Of a stretch of 64,000 nucleotides of DNA, positions 9,286 through 18,432 are shown one piece after another. A program made the position numbers and the translations under genes. Numbering within the stretch: the stretch's first letter is position 1; each line of letters opens with the position of its first letter. The stretch is from Gemmatimonadota bacterium (GTDB lineage Bacteria; Gemmatimonadota; Gemmatimonadetes; Gemmatimonadales; GWC2-71-9): NCBI GenBank assembly GCA_041486305.1, contig JBGPLG010000009.1, positions 1,639 to 65,638 of the forward strand. Direction: 5' to 3'. The notes beneath the pieces were generated by a model. It was not told the DNA's origin. It ran no database searches and saw only the letters and a list, made by a program, of their open reading frames with translations.

Positions 9286-10144
9286 GCGCCGGCCGGGCGG
9301 GCCCGACCGGCGGACCTTCCTCGGGGCCCTGGGGGCGGCCGCGGTGTCGGGGAGAGGCGGCTGGCTGGACCGCGTGCTGCCGGGCCGGACGAAACTGGGC
9401 AACATCGGCATCCAGCTCTACACCGTGCGACGCGAGCTGACCAAGGACGTCGAAGGCACGCTCGCCAGGCTGGCCGAGATCGGGTTCAGGGAGGTGGAAT
9501 TCGCCGGGTATCCCGAAGGCACGGCGCAGTCGCTGCGCCGGATCCTGGATCGGCACGGCCTTCGGGCGATTTCGAGCCACGTGGGAACCCAGAACCTGCG
9601 CACCGACTGGGATCGAACCCTCGACCAGGCGGCGATGGTGGGCCAGCGCTACGTGGTGGTGGCGTCCACCTCCCCCAGTGAGCGCCGTACGGCGGGCGAC
9701 TGGAAGCGGCTCGCCGGTCTGTTCAACAAGGCGGGCGAGGCGGCCCGCGCCAGGGGAATTTCCTTCGGCTATCACAATCACGACCTCGAGTTCACGCCGA
9801 TCGATGGCGTGCTTCCCTACGATGTGCTGCTGCAGGAGACCGACCCCCGGCTGGTGCAGCTCGAGATGGATCTCTACTGGATCACCAAGGGCGGCCAGGA
9901 CCCGCTGGCGTACTTCGCCCGGTGGCCGGGCCGGTTCCCGCTGGTGCACGTGAAGGACATGGACGCGACGGAACGGCGCTACTTCACCGAGGTCGGCAAG
10001 GGGACCATCAACTTCGCGCGGATATTCGCCAGGGCAAAGCAGGCGGGCATCCGGCACTACTTCTACGAGCAGGACGAGACCCCGGGGCCGCCGCTCGAAA
10101 GCGCCAAGACGAGCTACGACTACCTGCGGTCCCTGAGCTTCTAG
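9275..10144 (+). CDS. Tat-exported sugar phosphate isomerase/epimerase (xylose-isomerase-like TIM barrel)
   Basis: DRRTFL Tat motif; GIQLYTVR, YHNHDLEF, EMDLYW, HVKD, YEQD. Confidence 0.9.
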   Translation: MRSRRRPGGPDRRTFLGALGAAAVSGRGGWLDRVLPGRTKLGNIGIQLYTVRRELTKDVEGTLARLAEIGFREVEFAGYPEGTAQSLRRILDRHGLRAISSHVGTQNLRTDWDRTLDQAAMVGQRYVVVASTSPSERRTAGDWKRLAGLFNKAGEAARARGISFGYHNHDLEFTPIDGVLPYDVLLQETDPRLVQLEMDLYWITKGGQDPLAYFARWPGRFPLVHVKDMDATERRYFTEVGKGTINFARIFARAKQAGIRHYFYEQDETPGPPLESAKTSYDYLRSLSF

Positions 10145-10235
10145 CCACCGTTGCTTCCGCGGGGCGCCAGCAACTGTTCAATTGCCGAATGCGTGGTTGC
10201 ATGTACCGATGCCGAATGCGGCGGGGGAGGTCGGA

Positions 10236-11105
10236 ATGAATCGTCGGGATGCGGTGACAGCATTGGTCGGCGCGGCGACGGTGCTGGGCGTCCGGGACTC
10301 CGCCGCCGAATCGTCCGGCGGGCGCCCCGCCAGGGTTCCGGCCGGCCGGCTCAAACAGTCGGTCTCTTACTGGCCCTACAGCAAGATCCCGCTGCCCCAG
10401 TTCGCGCGCGAGGCGAAGCAGATCGGGCTGGCCGCGGTCGATCTGCTGCAACCGGACGAGTGGCAGGCGGTGAAGGACGCCGGCCTGATCTGCTCGATGG
10501 GGTACCCCACCAAACGGAATGATTTCCTTGCTACCGGCTTCAACGACCCCGCCAAGCACGACATGCTGGTGGATGAACTCGAGCGCACCATTCCCCTCGC
10601 GGAGGCGGCCGGAGTTCCCAATGTCATCGCCATGTTCGGCAACCGGAAGGGGCGGAGCGACGAAGAGGGGGCCGCCAACTGCGTCACCGGGCTCAGGCGG
10701 ATCGCGGCATCCGCGGAGAAGCACGGGGTGACGGTGTGCGTCGAGCTGCTCAACAGCCGGATCGACCACAAGGACTACATGGGCGACCACACCGTGTTCG
10801 GAATCAAGGTGATGGAGGGCGTCGGGTCACCGAGGGTCAAGCTGCTGTACGACATCTACCATATGCAGATCATGGAAGGCGACATCATCCGGACCATCCG
10901 GGACAACATCGCCCACCTTGGGCATTTCCACACCGGCGGCGTTCCGGGGCGCCACGAGCTGGACGACACCCAGGAGCTCAACTGGCGGACGGTGTGCCAG
11001 GCGATCGCGGACACCGGGTACCAGGGGTTCGTGGCCCACGAGTTCATGCCGAGCCGGGATCCGCTGACGTCGCTGAAGGAGGCGGCAAGATTGTGTGACG
11101 TTTGA
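10236..11105 (+). CDS. Tat-exported hydroxypyruvate-isomerase-like TIM barrel protein
   Basis: GGAGG RBS; MNRRDAV; ELLNSRIDHKDY, LLYDIYHMQIMEG, HFHTGGVPGRHE. Confidence 0.9.
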   Translation: MNRRDAVTALVGAATVLGVRDSAAESSGGRPARVPAGRLKQSVSYWPYSKIPLPQFAREAKQIGLAAVDLLQPDEWQAVKDAGLICSMGYPTKRNDFLATGFNDPAKHDMLVDELERTIPLAEAAGVPNVIAMFGNRKGRSDEEGAANCVTGLRRIAASAEKHGVTVCVELLNSRIDHKDYMGDHTVFGIKVMEGVGSPRVKLLYDIYHMQIMEGDIIRTIRDNIAHLGHFHTGGVPGRHELDDTQELNWRTVCQAIADTGYQGFVAHEFMPSRDPLTSLKEAARLCDV

Positions 11106-11548
11106 GCGGGGGCATCCGGGAGTCTCACCTCCCACAGCTCGACGGCTTGCGCGCGCTCGCGGTGTCGGCGGTCATGTTCAGGCATTACGTGCCCGCCTCC
11201 CTGAAAGTGGTCGATCTCGGCCGACTCGGCGTACTGCTGTTTCTTGTACTGAGCGGCTTCCTGATCAGCGGGATACTCCGGGACGCTCGGGATCGCCTAG
11301 ATCGAAACGGCGGATTGCCGCGCTCGGTGGCCTTGCGGTTGTACTCCCGCCGATTTCTCAGAGTTTTCCCAAATTGCGATGGCGGCGATTTCATGGGAGC
11401 TCTTCGAGCAGCCGATCAACCGGCTGAAGCGGCATTTCCCCTATTTCGGGCCCTCTCGCGCCCCCGAGCACACAATGGCAGGATCCCGACCCGACTCTCG
11501 CTAGTGCTTGACGGCTGGACCGGCCGCCGGATTCTCATTGTCCCATGA
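11102..11548 (+). pseudogene. Truncated acyltransferase-3 (OafA/OatA-like) remnant
   Basis: LPQLDGLRALAV, GVLLFLVLSGFLI and YSRRFLRVFP are AT3 N-terminal motifs; similarity stops near 11370, far short of a full multi-TM domain. Confidence 0.7.
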
Positions 11549-11617
11549 TTGGCGACGCCGGTACCCAGCGGGGTATGTTCTCCCTCCGCCCCTCAGTACT
11601 GCTACTTGGAGTATGAT

Positions 11618-12127
11618 ATGATTCGCATGTGGTCATCCGCCCTCGCCGGTCTAGCCCTCGTGGCACTTGTTTCAGTCGAGGGCCAGGCCCAAGACAAACC
11701 CGCCACCGTGCTCGACCTCAACACGGCGAGCCGGGAGCAGCTGCTGGAGTTCAAGGGAATCGGCCAGGCCTACGCCGAAAAGATCATTCAAGGGCGCCCC
11801 TTCAAGATGCGGAGCGAGCTGGTCTCGCGCGGCATCATACCGGCAGAGGCCTACTTGAGGATCAAGAAGAACCTCCGCCCGACGGCGGAAGACGCCAGTG
11901 TGACCGCGGCTCCGCCACCGACTCCCCCAGCCGCCGACGGGGGAAGGCTGGACCTCAATCATGCCTCGCGCGACGAGCTGCTCGCGTTCAAGGGCATCGG
12001 CGAGGAGTTTACCGACAAGATCATCAAGGGCCGGCCGTACAAGCAGAGAAGCGAGCTGGTGTCCCGCGGAATCATGCCCTCGTCCCACTACCTCAAGATC
12101 AAGGGCCAGCTCACCGCAAAGCCGTAG
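11618..12127 (+). CDS. Exported tandem helix-hairpin-helix (ComEA-like) DNA-binding protein
   Basis: Signal peptide; two repeats LDLNTASREQLLEFKGIG and LDLNHASRDELLAFKGIG joined by a Pro-rich linker. Confidence 0.85.
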   Translation: MIRMWSSALAGLALVALVSVEGQAQDKPATVLDLNTASREQLLEFKGIGQAYAEKIIQGRPFKMRSELVSRGIIPAEAYLRIKKNLRPTAEDASVTAAPPPTPPAADGGRLDLNHASRDELLAFKGIGEEFTDKIIKGRPYKQRSELVSRGIMPSSHYLKIKGQLTAKP

Positions 12128-12295
12128 GTACGAACGTTGGGAATCGTAGGCGCGGGCGCCATGGGACAAACAACCCCAGGCGCCCGTCACCTTTCATGCC
12201 GCCGGCACTTCCAGCCGAGGCACCATCCGGTCAAATGGCGGCGCGCTGGTTCAGGGAGCGCATCAGCCGGGTCGCCTCCGCAGCCAACCTGCGGG

Positions 12296-13507
12296 TCACA
12301 ACATCCCGGCCGGCACCCCCGCCCGCGTCGTGATGAACCGGGCCCGCCCTTGCTGGGCCGGGAACTGCTTCAGGTAGTCGGCCGACCAACCCTGGGTGAA
12401 TTCTTGGGCCTCCTCGTCCCGCACCAGGGCCCAGACGCTCCCGCCGAACCCGGCGCCGAACGCCGAGGCCGCCACCGCGCCGAGCCGGCGAGCGCTCCGC
12501 TGAAGGTGAATCGTCTCCGGCACCTGATTGCCCAGCCCCCGCTCCGCCCCGGCCTGCGAGCGGTCGATCAGCTCCCCTAACCCGGCCACCGAGCCCTTCC
12601 CCAGCAGATCGGCGACGGCCGGAATGACCTCCTCGCACTCCGCCACGAACTGGTCCAGCCGGGCCTCGAGCTGTTGCTGCCGCGGGTGTCCCGCGAGCCA
12701 GCCCCGGAGGGTGAGGGCCGCACCGCGGCGGCCGGTGATGGCCGCGTAGAGCGTCCGTGCCGGCCCGCCGTGCCGCTCGTGCCAGATGCCCAGCAGTCCT
12801 TGGGCGGTTTCGGCGAGCCCGTTGTACAGCACCATGGCCTCGCGGGTCTTGGCGGCGACGACGCCGCTCACCGCCACGACGAGGACATGGCCCGCCGGGA
12901 ACGGAATCGCCCGCTCGAAGCGGACCGGGTCGAAGCCGTATTGCACCAGCATGCCGGGACGGGAGCAGAGTATCGCGGTGTGGTCCTGGCTGCCTCCCTG
13001 GGTGCCGACCCCGCCATCCGCCGGGAATCGCCCGAAGGCCCGGCCGTTCTCCACTGCACCGAGGTATCCGGCCAGCGCTTCGCGGCTTGGAATAGCGGCG
13101 CGCCAGGCGGGGTTGTCGGGCAAACCGTTCGCATCGGACAGGGCCAGCGCCACCGCGGTGATCAGCGCGCCCGAGCTGGAGAGCCCGGCGTCCTGCGGCA
13201 GGTCGCTGTGGAACGAAAGGTCCATCCCGACGTAGAGGGGACCGAAATCACGGGACAGCCGTCGCACCACCGTGGCGGGATACACGGTCCAGTCTCCCTT
13301 CGGCAACAGCAGATCGGGCCGCAACGGAAGCTCGGTGTGCAGTCCGCCGGTCTCGTCGGTAATGCGCACTACCGCCTCGTCGAGCGGCCGGGCGGTGACC
13401 GAGATCCGCTGCTCGGTGGCGCATACCAAGCTCCGCCCCCCGGCGTAGTCGGTGTGCTTGCCGAGGAACTCGATTCGGCCGGGGACCCAGTAGCGACGCA
13501 GTGTCAG
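12296..13507 (-). CDS. Galactokinase-like GHMP sugar kinase; probable CTG start
   Basis: PGRIEFLGKHTDY lies upstream of the track start (13429); PQDAGLSSSGA ATP loop; FGAGFGG; CTGA overlap with the upstream stop and a GGAGGT RBS. Confidence 0.85.
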   Translation of the reverse strand: MTLRRYWVPGRIEFLGKHTDYAGGRSLVCATEQRISVTARPLDEAVVRITDETGGLHTELPLRPDLLLPKGDWTVYPATVVRRLSRDFGPLYVGMDLSFHSDLPQDAGLSSSGALITAVALALSDANGLPDNPAWRAAIPSREALAGYLGAVENGRAFGRFPADGGVGTQGGSQDHTAILCSRPGMLVQYGFDPVRFERAIPFPAGHVLVVAVSGVVAAKTREAMVLYNGLAETAQGLLGIWHERHGGPARTLYAAITGRRGAALTLRGWLAGHPRQQQLEARLDQFVAECEEVIPAVADLLGKGSVAGLGELIDRSQAGAERGLGNQVPETIHLQRSARRLGAVAASAFGAGFGGSVWALVRDEEAQEFTQGWSADYLKQFPAQQGRARFITTRAGVPAGML

Positions 13508-14337
13508 AGCCGCACCTCCACGCCGGCAAGCCGGCTCGCGACCGCGGGAATGTCGCCCCGATTGGACAGATCGAGCACCGGCGCTTCCGACTCGATGACC
13601 CGGAAGCGCTCACCCAGAACCTCCATGGCGTACCGTACCGCATCCTGGAGCTCGAGCTCGCCCCGGGGAGACGGGGAGACCGCCCGGCATGCACCGTAGA
13701 TCGTCGGGGGCAGGAGCCAGAGGTTCATGCTGATCAGGGGATTCACACCGAAGCGGCGGCTTTCGAGCTCGCCGGGCTTCTCGATGATTCCCTGCAGAAT
13801 CCCGTCCCCGGTGACCGAGATGAGCGCGAAGGCCCGGATCCGCTCGGGCGGAATGTTGCCGCCGGCGAGCAGCGTCGTCTGACGGAAACCGACCAGGCCG
13901 GCCGGGTGTGACGCACCGGCGCAAGGAGGCAACGACGCCAGGCTCGCGATGGCGGAGCGGGGGTACAGATTGTCCGCGTTGAGCACCAGCACCGACTGGC
14001 CTGCCGCGAACGACTCCGCCGAACCTACCGCGTCGGCGGTGCCGAGCGGTCGCTCCTGGATCGCATAGGAGAGGGCGATCCGGCGGGGACGGGCCGCGCC
14101 GCCGTAGTGCGCCCGGACGGCGTCGTGTTCCGGCCCGATCACCAGGCAGACCGCCTCCAGGCCCGCATCGGCCAGGCCGCTCAGGACGTAGTCCAGGAAG
14201 GGCCGGCCCACCGGAATCATGGCCTTGACGCCCTGGTCGGCCGCGGCCTGCTGGGCCGGATCCAGGGGGGTGCCGGGGTCCGCCTTCCGCATCCTGCTCC
14301 CCAGCCCGCGGGCGAGGATCACCGCCTTCTTGGTCAC
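13504..14337 (-). CDS. Sugar-1-phosphate nucleotidyltransferase (RmlA/GalU-like)
   Basis: GTGA overlap start; KAVILARGLGSRM, QERPLGTADA, SPRGELELQDA. Confidence 0.88.
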   Translation of the reverse strand: MTKKAVILARGLGSRMRKADPGTPLDPAQQAAADQGVKAMIPVGRPFLDYVLSGLADAGLEAVCLVIGPEHDAVRAHYGGAARPRRIALSYAIQERPLGTADAVGSAESFAAGQSVLVLNADNLYPRSAIASLASLPPCAGASHPAGLVGFRQTTLLAGGNIPPERIRAFALISVTGDGILQGIIEKPGELESRRFGVNPLISMNLWLLPPTIYGACRAVSPSPRGELELQDAVRYAMEVLGERFRVIESEAPVLDLSNRGDIPAVASRLAGVEVRL

Positions 14338-16103
14338 GTGGTGGACGTGGCCCACATCCGGGGCACCAGCCGGAGGAGGGTGACGCCGCTCAGGACGAAC
14401 GCCGCCAGCCACATCAGCCCCTGGGCGGTGCGGCCATAGAGGAAGCTGCCGGTCCCGAACAGCGCCGAGTAGACGAACAGGCACCCGACCATCCAGCCGA
14501 GCATCGCCATGGGGAGACTGTCCGGCGACGACTCGACTCCCGACTCGGCGCGGAGCCGGGCCCAGCCGGGACCGGCCGGCTTCACCAGCCGGCAGAAACG
14601 CACCAGGGTATCGCGGTCGGTGCCCGGCGCGAGGTACGCCGCCAGCACCCAGACGACGGTCGTGGTGGCGACCGTGGCGATCAGCGCGACGTGCGACGCG
14701 ACATGATGGCCCTGCTTGCCGGCGACGAAGAAGGCCAGCGCCATGACGAACGAGCTGGTCATCGCGGCGATCTCGCTCCACGCGTTGACCCGCCACCAGA
14801 ACCAGCGCAACAGGTAGATGAGCCCGGTACCGGCGCCGATCGAGAGGATGAGGTCGAAGGCCTCCTTGGCGGTATCGAGCGCGAAGGTGAGCATTGCCGC
14901 CGAGATCATCAGCAGCGCGGTGGTGATCCGGCCGGCCAGGACGTAGTGCTTCTCGGTTCCGTCCCGCTTCAGGAAGCGGCGGTAAAAGTCGTGCACCAGG
15001 TAGGAGGTACCCCAGTTGAGATGGGTTTCGATGGTCGAGCGATAGGCCGCGAGCATTCCCGCGATCACGAAACCCAGAAACCCGGCCGGCAGAAACCGCA
15101 GCATGGCGGGATAGGCGATGTCGTGCCCGATCAGCTTCGGATTGAGATACGGAAAGGTGCGGGCGATGTCGGCGAGTTGGGGAAAGACCAGGGTGGAGCA
15201 GAGCGCCACGATGATCCAGGGCCATGGACGCAGTGCGTAGTGCATGATGTTGAACAGCATGGTGCCGATCACCGCGTCCTTTTCGGTGCGCGAGGCGAGC
15301 ATCCGCTGCGCGATGTAGCTCCCGCCCCCCGGCTCTGCGCCGGGATACCAGACCGACCACCATTGTACCGTGAGCGGGATGATGAAGACCGAGAGCGCCA
15401 CCGACCAATCGCCGAAATCAGGGAGCAGGTTGAGGGTCGCGGGGTTGATCTTGCCGAACAGTCCGTGCAGCCCGCCGACCTCGGGCTGCTTCAGCGCGAA
15501 GTAGGCCACCGCGAAGGCGCCGGACATGGTGATCATGAACTGGATCGAATCGGTCACCAGCACGCCCCAGAGGCCGGACACCGACGCGAAAAAAATGGTG
15601 ATGACCGAGCAGACCAGCAGGGTCCGCTCCATGGGCCATCCCAGGACGATGTTGGCGATCTTGGCCGCCGCCAGGTTCACCGTCCCCATGATCACGCAAT
15701 TGAAGAAGAGTCCCAGATAGACGGCGCGGAAGCCTCGGAGAAACGTGGCTGCCTTTCCGGAATAGCGGATCTCGTAGAACTCCAGGTCGGTCAGCACCCG
15801 GGAGCGGCGCCACATCCTGGCGTAGAAGAACACCGTCATCATGCCCGTCAGCAGGAACGCCCACCAGAGCCAGTTCTCGGCCACCCCGCTCTCCCGCACC
15901 ATGTTGGTGACCAGGTTCGGGGTATCGGTGCTGAAGGTCGTGGCCACCATCGAAATGCCGACCAGCCACCAGGGCGCCGCCCGCCCCGAAGTGAAGAACT
16001 CGGCGGTACTGGACCCGGCCCGCTTGGCGAAGAAGATCGCGGGCAGGAAGGAGATGACGATGCTCAGCGCGATGATGGTCCAGTCGAGGGGCACGAGTTT
16101 CAT
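14334..16103 (-). CDS. Sodium:solute symporter (SSS family)
   Basis: EFFTSGRAAPWWLVGISMVATTFSTDT; YIAQRMLA; many TM segments. Confidence 0.92.
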   Translation of the reverse strand: MKLVPLDWTIIALSIVISFLPAIFFAKRAGSSTAEFFTSGRAAPWWLVGISMVATTFSTDTPNLVTNMVRESGVAENWLWWAFLLTGMMTVFFYARMWRRSRVLTDLEFYEIRYSGKAATFLRGFRAVYLGLFFNCVIMGTVNLAAAKIANIVLGWPMERTLLVCSVITIFFASVSGLWGVLVTDSIQFMITMSGAFAVAYFALKQPEVGGLHGLFGKINPATLNLLPDFGDWSVALSVFIIPLTVQWWSVWYPGAEPGGGSYIAQRMLASRTEKDAVIGTMLFNIMHYALRPWPWIIVALCSTLVFPQLADIARTFPYLNPKLIGHDIAYPAMLRFLPAGFLGFVIAGMLAAYRSTIETHLNWGTSYLVHDFYRRFLKRDGTEKHYVLAGRITTALLMISAAMLTFALDTAKEAFDLILSIGAGTGLIYLLRWFWWRVNAWSEIAAMTSSFVMALAFFVAGKQGHHVASHVALIATVATTTVVWVLAAYLAPGTDRDTLVRFCRLVKPAGPGWARLRAESGVESSPDSLPMAMLGWMVGCLFVYSALFGTGSFLYGRTAQGLMWLAAFVLSGVTLLRLVPRMWATSTT

Positions 16104-16118
16104 GCGGGTCCCTTGCTG

Positions 16119-16142
16119 AAGACGCTAAGACGCTAAGACGCT
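16119..16142 (+). repeat. Octamer tandem repeat (AAGACGCT)x3
   Basis: Three perfect units about 15 nt upstream of the symporter start. Confidence 0.9.
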
Positions 16143-16252
16143 GCGGGGTGTCCAAGCTTAGTCCGGGTGGGGACCGGGAGCCAGAGTGGACCCCAAATTG
16201 GGCGTCCGTTTCCAGGTGGCCCGCCGACTGGCGAATCCCTAGCTTCCGGTCC

Positions 16253-17374
16253 ATGATTGCCATCGTGAATCCGATCCGGACCAAGCCCTCAGCGGTGCCC
16301 TACCGCCCCCGAATGCTGCTGCACGGCTCGGCCGAGCTCCACCGGGCCGTGGACGAACGGGACGCCTCCTACGAAGGCCTGTTCCTGGTCGGCGTGAAGA
16401 CCACCCGCATCTTCTGCCGGCCCACCTGCCCTTCCAAGCAGGCCCTCCGGCGAAACCGTGAGTTCTTCGCTACCGCCGGGGACGCCAGCGCGGCCGGTTA
16501 TCGTCCCTGCCTGCGCTGCAAGCCGCTGGAGAAGGCGGGGGAGCACCCTCGCTGGGTGCTGCAGATCATGGGGGCGCTCGATGGCGAGCCCACCAAACGG
16601 CTCACCGACGCCAAGCTGCGCAAGATGGGCATCGTGCCGGCCACCGCGCGGCGCTACTTCATCGGGAGATTCGGTATGACGCTTCACGCCTACGCCCGCG
16701 CCCGGCGGCTCGGTTTCGCGCTCGACCGCCTGCAGCAGGGAAACCCGGTCACGCCGACCGGCTTCGACAGCGGGTTCGAGTCCGACAGCGGGTTTAGAGA
16801 CGCCTTCAAGCGACTCTTCGGACTCAATCCCGGCGAGGCGCGGGGAACCACTCCCATCGTGGCCACTCTGATTCCGAGCCCGCTCGGCCCGCTGCTCGCC
16901 GCAGCGACCGAGGACGGCCTCTGTATGCTGGAGTTCGCCGACCGCGAGAAACTGCCCAAGCAGGCCGCCGACCTGACCCGGTTCTACCGCCGGCCGGTGG
17001 TTCCGGGGCGGAACCAGCACATCGACCGGATCGCCCGGGAGCTCGACGAGTACTTTGCCGGGGAGCGGCAGCAGTTTGACGTGCCGCTGGACCTCAAGGG
17101 TACCGAGTTCCAGGAAAAGGTGTGGAAGGAGCTGGTCAACATCCCGTTCGGCGAGACCATTTCCTACGAGGAGCTGGCCACCCGGATCGGCAAACCGACC
17201 GCCCAGCGGGCCGTGGGACTGGCCAACGGACGGAACCGGATTCCCATCGTGGTGCCCTGCCACCGGGTCATCCAGAAGAACGGCCAGCTTCGAGGCTACG
17301 GCGGAGGTCTCTGGCGGAAGCAGTTCCTGCTGGACCTGGAACTCAAGGCGGCGGGTGTGACACTGGGGATCTGA
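16253..17374 (+). CDS. ada: Bifunctional Ada: Zn/AraC regulator plus O6-methylguanine-DNA methyltransferase
   Basis: FCRPTCPS...YRPCLRC Zn site; AraC HTH with GFESDSGFRDAF; IVVPCHRV active site; TAGCTT-N7-ATG leaderless start. Confidence 0.93.
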   Translation: MIAIVNPIRTKPSAVPYRPRMLLHGSAELHRAVDERDASYEGLFLVGVKTTRIFCRPTCPSKQALRRNREFFATAGDASAAGYRPCLRCKPLEKAGEHPRWVLQIMGALDGEPTKRLTDAKLRKMGIVPATARRYFIGRFGMTLHAYARARRLGFALDRLQQGNPVTPTGFDSGFESDSGFRDAFKRLFGLNPGEARGTTPIVATLIPSPLGPLLAAATEDGLCMLEFADREKLPKQAADLTRFYRRPVVPGRNQHIDRIARELDEYFAGERQQFDVPLDLKGTEFQEKVWKELVNIPFGETISYEELATRIGKPTAQRAVGLANGRNRIPIVVPCHRVIQKNGQLRGYGGGLWRKQFLLDLELKAAGVTLGI

Positions 17375-17452
17375 GGCTACGACGCTACGACGCTAGGACG
17401 CTAGGAACCTGCTCTTTCCTAGCGTCGTAGCGTCCTGGCGTCGTACGTCCTA
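17373..17452. repeat. Inverted pair of octamer arrays between convergent genes (long hairpin, likely terminator-like)
   Basis: GAGGCTAC GACGCTAC GACGCTAG GACGCTAG GAA - loop - TTC CTAGCGTC GTAGCGTC CTGGCGTC GTACGTC. Confidence 0.88.
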
Positions 17453-18337
17453 CTGGTGCGCGATGCTCACGCCCAGCCCGAGGATGGCGCCGGCCTCGTC
17501 CTGGCGGCGCAACTTGTCCAGCGGAATTCGCAGCGTCATCCGAGGGCGCACGTTCCCTGGCCGGAGCTCGATCGACGCGCTCACGTGGTGGTCGGTTCGA
17601 GCGTCGAACGACTTCGCCGGACAGGACCCGGTAGCCGGGCACGCCGCCGGCGCCCGCGGGGCGGTGAGCAGGTAGCGGCCGGTCAGCCCCACGGCGGCCT
17701 GCGCCCGCGCTCCCTCATACCCGGTTCGAATCCCCCAATCGAGCGAGATCTCGGAGTCCTGGGTGGGGTCGCCGCTGGTGTTGGTCTGCATCGATGGCCC
17801 GCCCTTGACCCCGAAGAGGACATGGCTGGCGCTCACCGTCCGGTATTCCAGGGTGCCCCGGATCGTCAGGATGTTGGGGACGAACGCCTCGAAGTCGTCG
17901 AAGTTGGACACCGCCGCCGCATCCACCGCGGCGTCCTCGATGGGACTCTTCGTGCTCTTGGCGATCGGAGCGCGGACGCCCAGCGTGCCCGAGATGCGCT
18001 TGGCATCATCGCCGATTCGGAGCCCGATGTAGGGATTGCCCAACCGGACCGAGCTCTGCTTGCCTCCGCCGGCGGTTCCGAAATCCTGCCCCGCGCGAAT
18101 GATCGGGAGGTCGGCCTCGACCCGGAAGCCATCACCGACCCGGATACTGGCCGAAGGGATCAGCACCCCGGTGAAGAACTTGTGGCCGTCGCCCTTGAGA
18201 AAAGGCAACCAGGCGTCGATCCGGACGGCATCCCGACCCTGCTCGTCATGCCAGTACCGCTGGGCATGGACCGACTTGCCGGAGAGTGTCAGTGCGGATA
18301 CGACGAACAGGAAGCGCAGGACGCGGGTCGAACCCAT
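17450..18337 (-). CDS. Exported, probable outer-membrane beta-barrel protein
   Basis: Signal peptide ending VHA; alternating amphipathic strands; RLGNPYIGL resembles a MetA-pathway-like barrel motif. Confidence 0.6.
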   Translation of the reverse strand: MGSTRVLRFLFVVSALTLSGKSVHAQRYWHDEQGRDAVRIDAWLPFLKGDGHKFFTGVLIPSASIRVGDGFRVEADLPIIRAGQDFGTAGGGKQSSVRLGNPYIGLRIGDDAKRISGTLGVRAPIAKSTKSPIEDAAVDAAAVSNFDDFEAFVPNILTIRGTLEYRTVSASHVLFGVKGGPSMQTNTSGDPTQDSEISLDWGIRTGYEGARAQAAVGLTGRYLLTAPRAPAACPATGSCPAKSFDARTDHHVSASIELRPGNVRPRMTLRIPLDKLRRQDEAGAILGLGVSIAHQ

Positions 18338-18432
18338 ATTGTGACTCCTCAGTCACGAGAGATTGCGATGGACCGGCGAGAGCGCCTTTACGATGCGGCC
18401 AAGAGGGGCCGGAGGGAAGGGGGTCCCTGATC

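Noticed and set aside
16188-16207. Imperfect palindrome GGACCCCAAATTGGGCGTCC upstream of ada as an Ada box
   Set aside because: It does not match the E. coli Ada box convincingly and is a single imperfect instance
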